Shown: positions 19,101 through 27,724 of the stretch, in pieces
Layout of the letters: each line of letters opens with the position of its first letter
How positions within the stretch are numbered: the first letter of the stretch is position 1
Assembly (NCBI GenBank): GCA_024231215.1
Contig: JAAEQR010000099.1
Location: 50,401 to 114,400, forward strand
DNA from: PVC group bacterium
GTDB lineage: Bacteria > Omnitrophota > Gorgyraeia > B26-G9
Reading direction: 5' to 3'
DNA length: 64,000 nucleotides
The notes under the pieces: generated by a model
What the model was told of the DNA's origin: nothing
The model's input: the letters and a program-made list of their open reading frames with translations, nothing else
Databases searched by the model: none
Program-made: the position numbers and the translations under genes

Positions 19101-22100
19101 TATCGTGGTGCACTATATGCGGCTTTAAATTGCTCTCCGAAGAATATGAAGATTCATAAAGCAATGTCCATGTGCTAGAATCGACAATGCGATAGTAATA
19201 GTCTGCTCCCATGCTCTTTAACACAATGCGAATTTCATACCATGTACCCGGAGAATAACTACCCACACCTTGCCTATAGCTACCATCTTCATAAATATGA
19301 AAATTCCCGTTATCAAAATATATCGCATGCGGCATATCCTGATAACTTGCACCTCCAGCATTACTTTTCCAGCCGATCATTGTCCGAGAACCAGAATCAG
19401 CTTTTATTTTCGCGCAAAACTCTATGTTTGATCTAGCATAGAAATTATTAGTATTAAGATAACAATCCCAGTCATCACTGTTATTCTGTAATGTAACATA
19501 TTCATTCTGCGTTACTGTTCCTCCTCCATACATAAACGTTGATCCCGCTATTGTTGTGCCATGGAAATTGTGAACAAACACAGCGATTATGCCTTTGGCG
19601 CTCGCGCTTAGATCACTTGCTCCGGAAGCCCCAGGATTTCCATAATACAAATATATCGTTTTATCAGCTAGGGCGGAAAAAGAAGGTATTTTTGTGTAAA
19701 CCATAGCTTTTTTTGAGACAAAATCAAAGCTGTCAAGATAGTAATTTAATACTGTAGTATCGTCCGAATCTACAATCCTAATATCTCCTCCGTCATTTTT
19801 TACATTACTCCAAAACTCATGCCAGTTGTCCAGCTTTAACTCTACCAGCTGATTAGTTATATCTGCCGTTGTAAAATTGGTTACTGTAATCGGAATTTTA
19901 TACGCCCACGCTGCTAACCCTGGACATGTGCCAGCTTCTTCCTCCATAGAAAAATATGTTTTTATATACTTATTTAGAGTTAATGGCATACGTTCTGTAG
20001 CAGATACATACTGTATACAGCTTCCATATCTTGGCCCATATTTTTCCACATAAGCCTCTCCCGCGTTAAGCCCCTTGCGGCCAATCATAAGATATTTAGA
20101 ACGATAGGCTAGCCCGCTCAACAGCGCATCGCTTGCCCCAAAATTCTTAAGCTCATTTTTCAAAGAGGTGTTATTATATATATTATTTCTCGGTTCATCA
20201 TAAGTGGTAACAATAATTAATGTATCATCGGGCAATCCCGCTAAATACGCTTCCATTGCGTCTGCTTGCGCGCTATCATTGTGACAATCATATTGCATTG
20301 ATTCCACCCAATTTAGATCAGCATCCAATCGGGTAACTGCCCAGCTTATAGTTGTTGTATGCCTTAAGGTTCCATCAACATATACATAATGATCTCTTGG
20401 CCCATCATCGCTTCCAGCTGACGAAATATTAAGATCCCCCACATTAATAATAGTATCGTTGCTATCCGATGCCGCACTAGCTGAGCCATATAATAAGTGG
20501 ATAGTTTTTATCTCATCTATTGCAATTGTTGGAATTTCAACAAAAATAACCGCAGTTTTTTCTGCATAATTAAACAACTCCAAACAATACTCTAAAGTTT
20601 GCGTACCATCATGAAATCTAATATCATCTCCGTCAGTCTGGACATTAGCCCAGAATTGAAGGTTTGAAAAAGGTATCTCTACTTTGACCAAAACATCTGT
20701 TCCCGCTTCTCCACCTGTATTATCTAAAACAATTTTATTAGCATAAGAAAAATCCGGCAACCCGGCAAATAAATCTCCATCTTCAAACTCCACGCCACCC
20801 TTAGAAGGATATTCCGCAGCACTGTTGCCGTAATACAAATAGATAGTTTCTGAAGATTCCGCGGCAATAAACGGAATTTTTGCGCACACTTCCGCCTCTG
20901 TATTAGCATAATCAAATGTTTTCAAAAATGATTCTAAAACTGTGCTATCGTCAGAATCAACTACACGCACATCTTCCCCATCAATTTTTACGTTCTTCCA
21001 AAACTCATGCCAGTTATCTATCTTTATATTAATAATTTCATCGGTTAAATCAGTTAGCCCGGAATTTGTTATTGTAATAGGTAACCTGTACTGCCAGCCT
21101 GAAAGAGCAGGGGAGCTGGCTAGTTCTTGTGCAACTGAAAAACAAGCAAAAGCCCCTCCTCCTAAAACAATATTATCTACCCCAAAACTCTCATCATAAT
21201 CCCCTCCGGAACTTAAGTTAGACGTGAATCTAAGCGTTAAATCTCCACCTGGGTGATCAAATGTAACTTTATATGCCCTGCCAAGATAATCACTTCCTGA
21301 GCGTGTAGTTATATTACCTATATTTTGAGCTGCGGTAAACTGATACGTATTCCACACCAAGCCACCATTCGCATAAAGATAGCCTCGTTCACCGTCCCAG
21401 GAATCCATCCAATAATAATCAAAAGTCACCTCATAACTACCCGCCGGGGCATTGCTTTTCGTATACATTGTATACTGCCCCTCTCCGCCATACTTTCCCA
21501 TCATTCCATGCCCGCCAGATGTATATGTCTCCGGATCAGAACTGCCCACATTATCTGTCCACCCAGTATAATTAGGATAAGACCATCTATTGGCAATCGT
21601 TGAATCACTCTCTGAAATTGCCGAAACAGAACCATAAAGCACGTAAATTGTTTGTATGGAATCCGCTGAGAGCAACGGTATTTTAACATCGATGCTTATA
21701 CTTTTGCTGGCATAATCAAATGTACTTAAGTAATACGATAATTTTATACTCCCATCATAAAATCTGATGTCACTACCCTCTGATCGTACATTGTCCCAAA
21801 AATGAGTATTTGAAGGGAATATCTTAAGTGATACCAATTCATCTGTTTTCTCCACACCGCCCGTATTATCAATAATTACCGCTTGCGCATGTTTAAAGTC
21901 TGCTAACTCCAACTGAATTTTTGCGGTTCCGGCACTTACTTCTATTTTGCTGGAATAGGCATAATCTGCCTGCATAGAATAATCATTACCTAAAACCTGA
22001 GCATCCGCAATCCCCAGCCATTCTGTCCAGGAAATATTATCTGCCGAGGTTCTAAGCTGTAATCGAGCATCTGTACCTAGAGGAAGTGTCTCCTGCCAGG

Positions 22101-25100
22101 TAAGATCCAAAAGTCTGCTTGTAGCAAAAGTAGTATCATAAACAGAAGATATCAGCATCTGAGAAATCGGGTATTTCTCCCACTCAATTCGCATCTCTTC
22201 GATTGCTGGGCTTTCCAATAAATTATCGGTTGAAAAAGTTATTTTGTATTGCAAATATTTTGCTGTGTCCGGACACGCCGCAGATGTGCTCAAATCCGCT
22301 CCATTAGCCACATCAGCAATATTAAACCATTCCGAGGTATCAGATAAATCTGTTTCATTTCCCGCGCGAAAAGATACAGTCGCGCATTGGATATCATTAA
22401 AATCCCAGCTAATATTGCCCCAGCCGGAATGATTGCCAATCTCTTTTATTTTTGATGTATAATTTCCAAAACAAAACGCATAATATTTAGCAAATTTTCT
22501 TCCTCTGCCCTGGGTCGCGTAAAAATATTCTCCGTCCGCCCAAATCAAAGTCCCGGGATGCCTGATATTAAAAGAAGCAGGGGTAAGCTCTTCCCATAAA
22601 TTATTCTCCACATCATATCGCAGAAAAACATATGAACCAGACCAGTCCCACCAAGACGAACCATGAATCAAATATAAATAATTTCCAAACCCCGGATAAA
22701 TAGCTTCCGAATGCCCCGTATGAAGAGGCACCGGAGCCGGAGTACGCACACTCCAACTACCGCTTCCTATATGATATCTGTATAAATTTGATGAACGATT
22801 TCCAGTCATCACGTACAAATAATCATCGCTTCCCGGATATACAACCTGCCCCCCATATCCTACATATTGCGGCGTATCATTAAGCACAGACCAGGAATCA
22901 TCCGCTAAATCATATTGCCAAAATGTATTTGATTCGCCTCTTAATATATACAAGTAATCACCATAATGACATATGCTATTCCCAACTTCAAATGGATCCG
23001 GCGGGGGAGATAATTCTATCCATAGATCCGCAGCAACATCATACCGGTAAAAACTTGCCAGGCTATTGCCTCCGGTAACATAAATTGAAGGCTGTCCCTG
23101 GTATTCAACAACTCTTATTGTTGTATCTGTTTGATCAAATGTTAGGGGAGGATCAGCTAATGTAGACCAAGTATTAGCTATTGTACTATATCTGTGAAAA
23201 GCATCTCTGTTTAAATAATAAATATACCCTTTATACCCGGCAAATGAGCAATCTTCATTCATGTCCTCGGGTAAAAATGACGGCAAATCATATGTATTTT
23301 CTGTCACATGATAGCGCATAAAATAACTTCCCCATTGATAATTAAAAATATAAAACCAGGGCTTGCCTACAGTCACTATAGACGCCTCATAACTACTTGT
23401 TGTGATCGGTAATTTTGCCAACTGTTCCCACAAATCTTGCGTAATAGAATAACGGTATAAATATTCGCTTGTTGCTCTCGGGATACTGTAAATATAATCT
23501 CCGGATCCCGGATAAAACAAAACGCCCCCGGAACCGGTTGTTTCCACTGTCTCTCCCATGCCAGTTTCATCTCCTACCTGTGTCCGGCTTAGCCAGGTAT
23601 CTACGCTAGGATCATATTCATGAAAAGTTGACTCATCATCTCCGGGCATTAAATATACCTTGCCCTGCGCATATACTAACCCATTAAGCCAGTCATCATG
23701 CGCCCTCGGAGCATCCGCAAAAGATGACCAATAATCTGAACTATTATAAACAACAAAATTTGTCGAACCCCATCCACCCATCATAAATATCCGGTCATTA
23801 TCATTATCCGCGGCCACTTCCGCGCCGCGCCAAAAACGCAAAGATGATTCCGCGCATTCAATCCAGGTTTTGGTTGTAATATCATATCGATACATCTCGG
23901 TCGAACCACGACCCTTAGTAATATAAATAGAATTCGTCGCTGTCAAATACGAAGCTTTTGCCCCAGGAGCCAGCACAAAAGGCACCCGGATTAAATCTGT
24001 CCATCGATTTTGATCCGCATTATATACCCAAAAATGAGAAGGGCAACTAGACTCATCTCCATGAATAACATAAATATTATTATTAGCATCGGCCACCGTC
24101 ATCCCCATTTGATTATCATGGCGATCTATAACCGGCTCATTCCATTGTCCTGTAGCTGGATCATACTTCCAAAAATTATTATATCCATAATTAGCAATAG
24201 CAAATATCGCTGTGTCTGTTCCGGTAATACAACTCCTTGCCTGATGAAATGGTGTCGGCTCAAGAATATCCCAAGCATCTGTATCCATGTTATAGCGTAC
24301 AAACCCATAACTATATCCAATGCTATCCCAATCGGCCGACAATCCATATACATAGTTATTTGCGGCGCTTGTATGTGCGATGGAAGGACCTGCGTCCATA
24401 TGAAATCTGAAATTATTTGGAGCATCAGTTACTTTTGTCCAAACCCCTAAGTTATTACCATCGCTATCTAAGTCATCCTGATCACTAATATCATCTTCTA
24501 TGGGACCATACTTATAAAAATTCCGGCTCCATTGGCCACGACAAGCATAGATATAAGTATATCCATCAGATTCGGTATAATTAGAATAAACCATAAAACT
24601 TCCATCCATACTATCTGTTGTAGAATCCATTGATTCCCACGTTTCACCAGCAACATCATACCGATAAAAATCATATGTATCTGTGCCGCGCAAAGCATAC
24701 ATATAATCCGTACCACCAACGTTTATCCCGATCACCCCAGAACCATAATCAACATTCTGCGGAAAATCAGTTAATGTTTCCCATGCATCACTGCCCGGAG
24801 TCTGCGAAACATCATAACGCCAAAAATCATCAGACTCAGCCCCTCTTAAGCAATAAACATACCCGTTCAAATACCCTAATCTATTCCCTCCATGTCTAAT
24901 ACCACTTGGAGCATGTGCTAATTGTTCCCATTCATTATTCGAGATTGAATACCTAAAAAACGTGGAACTATCCTCTGCCGGCACATAATAAATATAATCA
25001 CCGATCCCCGGATAACAAATATTTATACCATACCCCCTGTCTGTCGGCGCTTGAACTAATGTACTCCATTTCCCATTAACAATATCGTATCTCCATGGAC

Positions 25101-26421
25101 GAGTATAATTTCTCCCAGAAAAAAACTGTAATTCTTCGCCTTCACTCGGTCCGCCTAAATCGGGATCATACATAATAAATTTGCATTCTGCTGTTGGGGC
25201 CGGAAGATTCGGTAATTTTTCCCAGACCGGGCTCCCTGTCAAAGGTCCGTAGCGATAAAAACCTCTATCCGTGCGATAAGTACCTAGCCTTGTCCGAACA
25301 TCATACATCCCTGCGGCATAAATATAATCGCCAGAACCCGGATACCAGATATCAGACCCACGCCAAAATTCAGTATCATAACCATAGAGATCAGGAAGAT
25401 CCGCAATCCCGGTATCCCAGGAATTAGTACTAATCTGATATCTCCAAAATGTCTCATAATGCCTTCCCGGCGTACAATAAATATAATCCGCTCCTGTTTT
25501 ATACGCTAAAGCTCCGCCTTGCTCTACGTTATCCGGGGTGGAAGCTCTGTCTCTCCAAACTCCTCCGCCAATATCCGGATTGTATTCGAAAAAATTACGA
25601 TCATCGCCGCCGCCTAAAGCAAACAATCTTCCCGGGGTAGTCGCATGTGTTAATTCATTGCCTGTATGCGCAAGGTCCGATCCAAGATTAATTCCTTTGG
25701 TTAAAGACAGAAACTGGCGCCATTCGCCCGGAGGTGGTGATTCCATCGGAAATGCGGTATTGCCCGGATCGGGATCCGCAACATCCGAAGGCAAATAAAA
25801 ATATGTTTCTTTTGACCCGGATCCACGCAACGCGTATATATATTGGCCATCATTGGTGATTGTTGCTCCCGCGGCTACAGCTACAGACATTGGCGCTAAA
25901 AATTCCCATACTTGATTTGTAATATGAAAACGGCCGAATTGTTTCCCATCGCCAGAAGCAAACAAACAATATATATAATTACCCATTCGAGTGTAAGTAG
26001 AAAATGTGCCTGGATCAGGAATAGACGGTAAGTTCAGCCATTCGCCCAAGCCGGAAGCAAAAGAATCGGTCACGCTGGAGGTTAACTCTACCTGGGCAGC
26101 ATTGCCTGTCCCATTTATAACTATATCTTTCAATGTCCCATCAGAGAAATCCGTGTCTGTAGTGTCCGTAATCATAAACGTATTCGCAGATAAAGATAGA
26201 GCTCCGCCTGAAGTCAGAATATTGCTGTCCCGGGAAGTATATTCAGCCCAGCTGCTCTGGTCTCCGGGGTGGCTTGCGTCATTAGCACTTGAGCCTCCGG
26301 ACCAATCGGTTTGATTAAACGTACCGGCTTCCTGAACATACCCTGTCTGTGCGAGCATAAAAACAATAAGCAGAGATGTAAGAAACGCCGCAATTATCTT
26401 GTAATATTCACGCGCTTTCAT
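13123..26421 (-). CDS. Giant secreted multidomain protein (4432 aa)
   Basis: Single uninterrupted 13.3-kb ORF with a signal peptide. Kelch-type beta-propeller blades run from aa 140 to 1310. A DUF2341-like, LamG/ConA-like and ILEI-like lectin region runs from aa 1515 to 2450. About 13 tandem Ig-fold repeats of 95 aa each run from aa 2645 to 3915. An acidic coiled coil follows, then a distinct C-terminal domain. Confidence 0.9.
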   Translation of the reverse strand: MKAREYYKIIAAFLTSLLIVFMLAQTGYVQEAGTFNQTDWSGGSSANDASHPGDQSSWAEYTSRDSNILTSGGALSLSANTFMITDTTDTDFSDGTLKDIVINGTGNAAQVELTSSVTDSFASGLGEWLNLPSIPDPGTFSTYTRMGNYIYCLFASGDGKQFGRFHITNQVWEFLAPMSVAVAAGATITNDGQYIYALRGSGSKETYFYLPSDVADPDPGNTAFPMESPPPGEWRQFLSLTKGINLGSDLAHTGNELTHATTPGRLFALGGGDDRNFFEYNPDIGGGVWRDRASTPDNVEQGGALAYKTGADYIYCTPGRHYETFWRYQISTNSWDTGIADLPDLYGYDTEFWRGSDIWYPGSGDYIYAAGMYDVRTRLGTYRTDRGFYRYGPLTGSPVWEKLPNLPAPTAECKFIMYDPDLGGPSEGEELQFFSGRNYTRPWRYDIVNGKWSTLVQAPTDRGYGINICYPGIGDYIYYVPAEDSSTFFRYSISNNEWEQLAHAPSGIRHGGNRLGYLNGYVYCLRGAESDDFWRYDVSQTPGSDAWETLTDFPQNVDYGSGVIGINVGGTDYMYALRGTDTYDFYRYDVAGETWESMDSTTDSMDGSFMVYSNYTESDGYTYIYACRGQWSRNFYKYGPIEDDISDQDDLDSDGNNLGVWTKVTDAPNNFRFHMDAGPSIAHTSAANNYVYGLSADWDSIGYSYGFVRYNMDTDAWDILEPTPFHQARSCITGTDTAIFAIANYGYNNFWKYDPATGQWNEPVIDRHDNQMGMTVADANNNIYVIHGDESSCPSHFWVYNADQNRWTDLIRVPFVLAPGAKASYLTATNSIYITKGRGSTEMYRYDITTKTWIECAESSLRFWRGAEVAADNDNDRIFMMGGWGSTNFVVYNSSDYWSSFADAPRAHDDWLNGLVYAQGKVYLMPGDDESTFHEYDPSVDTWLSRTQVGDETGMGETVETTGSGGVLFYPGSGDYIYSIPRATSEYLYRYSITQDLWEQLAKLPITTSSYEASIVTVGKPWFYIFNYQWGSYFMRYHVTENTYDLPSFLPEDMNEDCSFAGYKGYIYYLNRDAFHRYSTIANTWSTLADPPLTFDQTDTTIRVVEYQGQPSIYVTGGNSLASFYRYDVAADLWIELSPPPDPFEVGNSICHYGDYLYILRGESNTFWQYDLADDSWSVLNDTPQYVGYGGQVVYPGSDDYLYVMTGNRSSNLYRYHIGSGSWSVRTPAPVPLHTGHSEAIYPGFGNYLYLIHGSSWWDWSGSYVFLRYDVENNLWEELTPASFNIRHPGTLIWADGEYFYATQGRGRKFAKYYAFCFGNYTSKIKEIGNHSGWGNISWDFNDIQCATVSFRAGNETDLSDTSEWFNIADVANGADLSTSAACPDTAKYLQYKITFSTDNLLESPAIEEMRIEWEKYPISQMLISSVYDTTFATSRLLDLTWQETLPLGTDARLQLRTSADNISWTEWLGIADAQVLGNDYSMQADYAYSSKIEVSAGTAKIQLELADFKHAQAVIIDNTGGVEKTDELVSLKIFPSNTHFWDNVRSEGSDIRFYDGSIKLSYYLSTFDYASKSISIDVKIPLLSADSIQTIYVLYGSVSAISESDSTIANRWSYPNYTGWTDNVGSSDPETYTSGGHGMMGKYGGEGQYTMYTKSNAPAGSYEVTFDYYWMDSWDGERGYLYANGGLVWNTYQFTAAQNIGNITTRSGSDYLGRAYKVTFDHPGGDLTLRFTSNLSSGGDYDESFGVDNIVLGGGAFACFSVAQELASSPALSGWQYRLPITITNSGLTDLTDEIINIKIDNWHEFWKNVKIDGEDVRVVDSDDSTVLESFLKTFDYANTEAEVCAKIPFIAAESSETIYLYYGNSAAEYPSKGGVEFEDGDLFAGLPDFSYANKIVLDNTGGEAGTDVLVKVEIPFSNLQFWANVQTDGDDIRFHDGTQTLEYCLELFNYAEKTAVIFVEIPTIAIDEIKTIHLLYGSASAASDSNDTIINVGDLNISSAGSDDGPRDHYVYVDGTLRHTTTISWAVTRLDADLNWVESMQYDCHNDSAQADAMEAYLAGLPDDTLIIVTTYDEPRNNIYNNTSLKNELKNFGASDALLSGLAYRSKYLMIGRKGLNAGEAYVEKYGPRYGSCIQYVSATERMPLTLNKYIKTYFSMEEEAGTCPGLAAWAYKIPITVTNFTTADITNQLVELKLDNWHEFWSNVKNDGGDIRIVDSDDTTVLNYYLDSFDFVSKKAMVYTKIPSFSALADKTIYLYYGNPGASGASDLSASAKGIIAVFVHNFHGTTIAGSTFMYGGGTVTQNEYVTLQNNSDDWDCYLNTNNFYARSNIEFCAKIKADSGSRTMIGWKSNAGGASYQDMPHAIYFDNGNFHIYEDGSYRQGVGSYSPGTWYEIRIVLKSMGADYYYRIVDSSTWTLLYESSYSSESNLKPHIVHHDSGEQAHTDEWAILENNTVGMAQDAEDTYVHPANTHSLTNYYDDNPVIQPIIGVFYEGNLVNFQDVVTEPAGTEVGYQVSADGYNWYWHNGSSWAKVDFGYANTNTAAEINANLTNFQSQFPDGDFYYRAYLHTDDGINTPELDEVTITLASPPSYYFDSAGAEAINTLNEDCLDDRYLQYKTTLYSYGESTPVIDSIDIDYIRAEINVSSPDGAEQWAVASSHTITWTSEGVDGAASNVQIEYSADTGSSWNEVIASTANDGSHGWTVPDSASPNALVRVSSVEFPNVSDESDAIFQIMGLIITSPNGGDIWEAGRQHTITWASTGTVNDNLTIEYSPDNGSTWIAASTQRPNTGNFNWTIANDPSDEVLLKIYDADNTDVVDESDAVWAIVPQPILIVGAPNGAEQWIVGNQYEVNWATNSTQFVNNVIIDYSTDNFSTETAIITTSIGTPSGSDANDTISGTYDWTVPEDISTTVKVRIREDSILGGRDTQSIIWDMSDADFSIVFPYITITSPVSGLTWVSADIHDITWTIFGTVTDDLLFEYTTDGLIFNTIADNEACDGIYAWTIPDAIDSNIVQVQITDNAWTQVTGISEAFTVIPYPIVTMLDPNGGEVLAIGEEYDITWESYGQKLESGGADYYEMAIYYSDDNGGSWNLISNQQTNDGLYTWTVADVETIEALIRVMDENDALVVDVSNDVFQITIPAVTITSPNGAETWYATGDYEITWTFLGAVTNDLLLEYSSNGGVAWNTIATGEPNDQTYTWDVADDLSDQVLVRLTDNARATVWDMSDAVFSIVAPTITVTSPNGAEEWIVGTTHGINWTSEGNTDEAIRDDLTIEYSSDGGGAWNTVSSAEANDGDYVWTIPNDLSTNCLVRIFDATRIATTDQSDSVFAIRLPYVNIIAPNGGESWAIGTAQEITWGSLGSVSDNLRIEYSKDNFGSDINLIANFETNDGTYDWIVVDDYSITAKIRVTDNDTPAISDMSDVPFAIAYPVIRVTVPNGGELWTVSDAEIITWDNTGSVGNDLLIEYSKDNFISDVNTIIGSTTNSGSHNWTIPNDVSASMRVRITDNTRPVVWDRSDGMFTVLPIPQLTILTPNGSEIWRVGTIQDVTWEDNGGLISNNLTVQYSSDGGTVYQDITTGAANMGAYSWTIPDDVSAICLVKVFDADRPSNEDVSDDVFAIADPLITITAPNGGEVWAVADQAPATWTTEGSISDNLVAEYSPDGGSTYFVIGSGELNDGEYTWDVPDDVTNNALFKLTDGNRPVSTDVSDEFFRIIPIPTFDVTAPDGGEEFVLGDMTTITWTWEGLSISDNLVIDMSGDGFATRRIIAVGEANDGLYTWDIPDDALTGPTLKLRITDGNRSEITNQSAGFFRIRGGFTINVPNGDEDWVAKSDHTVMWQTRGTIAKIKLDYSTDNGLNWNLIAANVDNIGSYVWILPDAQTTEAMVRVSDPDDSTVFDVNDAVFNIVYASVVFNILDYDTLQHLQDVNVNEPGTGWNDSGLNSAITRSASYPYATYTTFLSKTNFIDNSVTWVVPKSGTDTYIVNIYLENSASAQVTWEAILTYSFSPGSDTLSAVGSLQRKGKLVGTNALERADMGPAVLSIYTPDGTTVRNNVSANAPNENGMYTLTLPGTGFEAGYVYPATLTVLYRGRDYTSSANIDVGSEILQYEFFTQTATQLAASVAQIEESVGEGTESMITELEDTRDSLEGTLEEATDNLTETMEETTTALTEELSATRESLEGSLAAAEDELQTTMKSKILNREKQAKSGDEINVRYQTYSGMSPKIDVYDVKNVQRIIKGSMVEMGTTGIYEYPVKFYSAWGIGDYTIICSEETRGTLDSLTITVVRNTVDDIAGQTSAILGATSGLSDIGGIVDILNNQVGLIETSFTRIAKDFLNEAKQGSGMSKELNIIYKQLSDMGSQIKEFGKLESVGIENRLEVAAEKKKDIKYLKNKTQEMKAMLELNNQMIENISDKPMSQVWYEF

Positions 26422-26505
26422 GAGAGACTCTCCTCCCTGGTAAAAAAATCGTTTATCGGTTAATCGGTTTTATATCGGGCGGACACAAGGCCCGCCCCTA
26501 CAGGA

Positions 26506-27429
26506 TTATTCTTCGATTTTTGCTTCTAGTTCTTTTATCCTCTTTTTTTCTATTTCCATGCGTTTTTGCATAGCTCTATATGAAACCATGTCTGCCGCAT
26601 ATCTCTCTTGTAGATTTTGTTTTAGAACTTTTGTTTCTGTCTTTATTTTCTGCTCAAACTTCATTCTTTCTGTTTCTTGCGTAATCACCAGTTTTTTCTG
26701 TAAATGCATATTCACAGAATATAAAGCACCCACGAGCAAAAGCATCACCCCAACAGCCACGCCACTCATAACACGCTTCTTGTGCTGCTCTTCAGGTTCT
26801 TCTTCGGGATTATCTTCTTTTGCAGCTTCTATTGCTGCATCTATTTTCTTTTTAAACTCTTTGGATCCAATAACTCTTTTGCGGCCCAAAGCATTACTTA
26901 AACTGGCAATTTCATCCTTGCCCATTATTTCGACAAAATCAGCATAACTGCGTCCGTCTAAACTCTCGAGTCCTTCTGTTTTTTCCTCAGCAATGTTGAC
27001 CGTATCCGCTAAAAGCTCATTTTTTACATATAAGGCATAGCTGCTAAATGGGTTTTCCTGGGAATGCATGCAGGCAATCACTTTTCCTAGCCAAGGCATT
27101 TTTTCAATTAATACACAGCGATACCGTTCGGTAAATAAATGTCCGGTACGATCATATTTTTTATTAAAATATTTAATGTAAGAAGAGTTCAGGTCATGCA
27201 TGATTTGCGAAATAGTTACACCTTCAACCAGTTCTATTAATAAATTAAGCTGGGATGAGTCTAAAACATAAGCAAATAATTTAAATCCATGTTGTTCTTT
27301 GTATTTTTTCAAAAGATCCACATAAGCTTGAAAATCTTCATTGTCTTTAAAAATATTCCGATTATTGTCTCCTCGAGAGGTAGTATGATATAAGGCTCCT
27401 TCAATATTGATTCTCGGCATCCTTGGCAT
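26506..27429 (-). CDS. Inactivated IS200-like Y1-transposase-fold domain fused to a TM helix and a C-terminal coiled coil
   Basis: The N-terminal 150 aa align to IS200/RAYT TnpA. The strand-1 YH motif is kept (ALYHTTSRG) and so is the catalytic-Tyr region (FTERYRCV). The HuH histidines are replaced (SQLNLLIEL where HIHMLLEI is expected). A TM helix (GVAVGVMLLLVGALYSV) and a K/E-rich coiled coil follow. Start assigned at the internal Met preceded by an AAAGGAG RBS. Confidence 0.65.
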   Translation of the reverse strand: MPRMPRINIEGALYHTTSRGDNNRNIFKDNEDFQAYVDLLKKYKEQHGFKLFAYVLDSSQLNLLIELVEGVTISQIMHDLNSSYIKYFNKKYDRTGHLFTERYRCVLIEKMPWLGKVIACMHSQENPFSSYALYVKNELLADTVNIAEEKTEGLESLDGRSYADFVEIMGKDEIASLSNALGRKRVIGSKEFKKKIDAAIEAAKEDNPEEEPEEQHKKRVMSGVAVGVMLLLVGALYSVNMHLQKKLVITQETERMKFEQKIKTETKVLKQNLQERYAADMVSYRAMQKRMEIEKKRIKELEAKIEE

Positions 27430-27525
27430 TATGCAGCTCCTTTCGCTGGTAATTTCATCAGTCAATAGCTAATAGTCTATGGTTTTGATTTTTCTTTGTA
27501 ATGCTATTAACCCTAGACTTCTTCC

Positions 27526-27538
27526 TAGTGCGTGGCAC
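27526..27538. repeat. 13-nt perfect direct repeat TAGTGCGTGGCAC, copy A
   Basis: Exact second copy at 27712-27724. The two copies bracket the intergenic terminator and structured region. Confidence 0.6.
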
Positions 27539-27552
27539 TTTACTTGTTTTGC

Positions 27553-27584
27553 AAAAAAAAATCTCAGACAAACTCGCCTGAGAT
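27553..27584 (-). terminator. Strong intrinsic terminator: 7-bp stem followed by a 9-nt U-run on the minus strand
   Basis: Minus-strand transcript ATCTCAG-gcgagtttgt-CTGAGAT followed by UUUUUUUUU (plus-strand A9 at 27553-27561). Lies between the 95-aa gene and the Y1-like gene. Confidence 0.7.
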
Positions 27585-27711
27585 CACTTGCTGCAACCTG
27601 CCAATCCCGACTCTCGTCTCAGGACGCACGGCTTTGCGTCCCCAGCTTCCGCTGAGTTTGCCCACATTAACTATATATTATAAGTATACCTTACTATATA
27701 AATGCGCGCAA

Positions 27712-27724
27712 TAGTGCGTGGCAC
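27712..27724. repeat. 13-nt perfect direct repeat TAGTGCGTGGCAC, copy B
   Basis: Identical to 27526-27538. On the minus strand it lies about 28 nt upstream of a TTATAAT hexamer (27683-27677). Confidence 0.6.

Noticed and set aside
13814-25798. Dozens of 60-160-aa ORFs on the plus strand inside 13123-26421 (for example 15728-16204 and 24010-24450)
   Set aside because: All are antisense shadows of the single 13.3-kb minus-strand ORF. They have low-complexity composition and no RBS or start context.
26506-27465. Active IS200/IS605 insertion sequence
   Set aside because: The HuH histidines are replaced. The protein is fused to a TM helix and coiled coil. No subterminal hairpins or inverted ends flank the gene. 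It sits in-frame within a tightly packed operon.
27526-27724. MITE with 13-bp target-site duplications
   Set aside because: There are no terminal inverted repeats just inside the two copies, and a 13-bp TSD would be atypically long.
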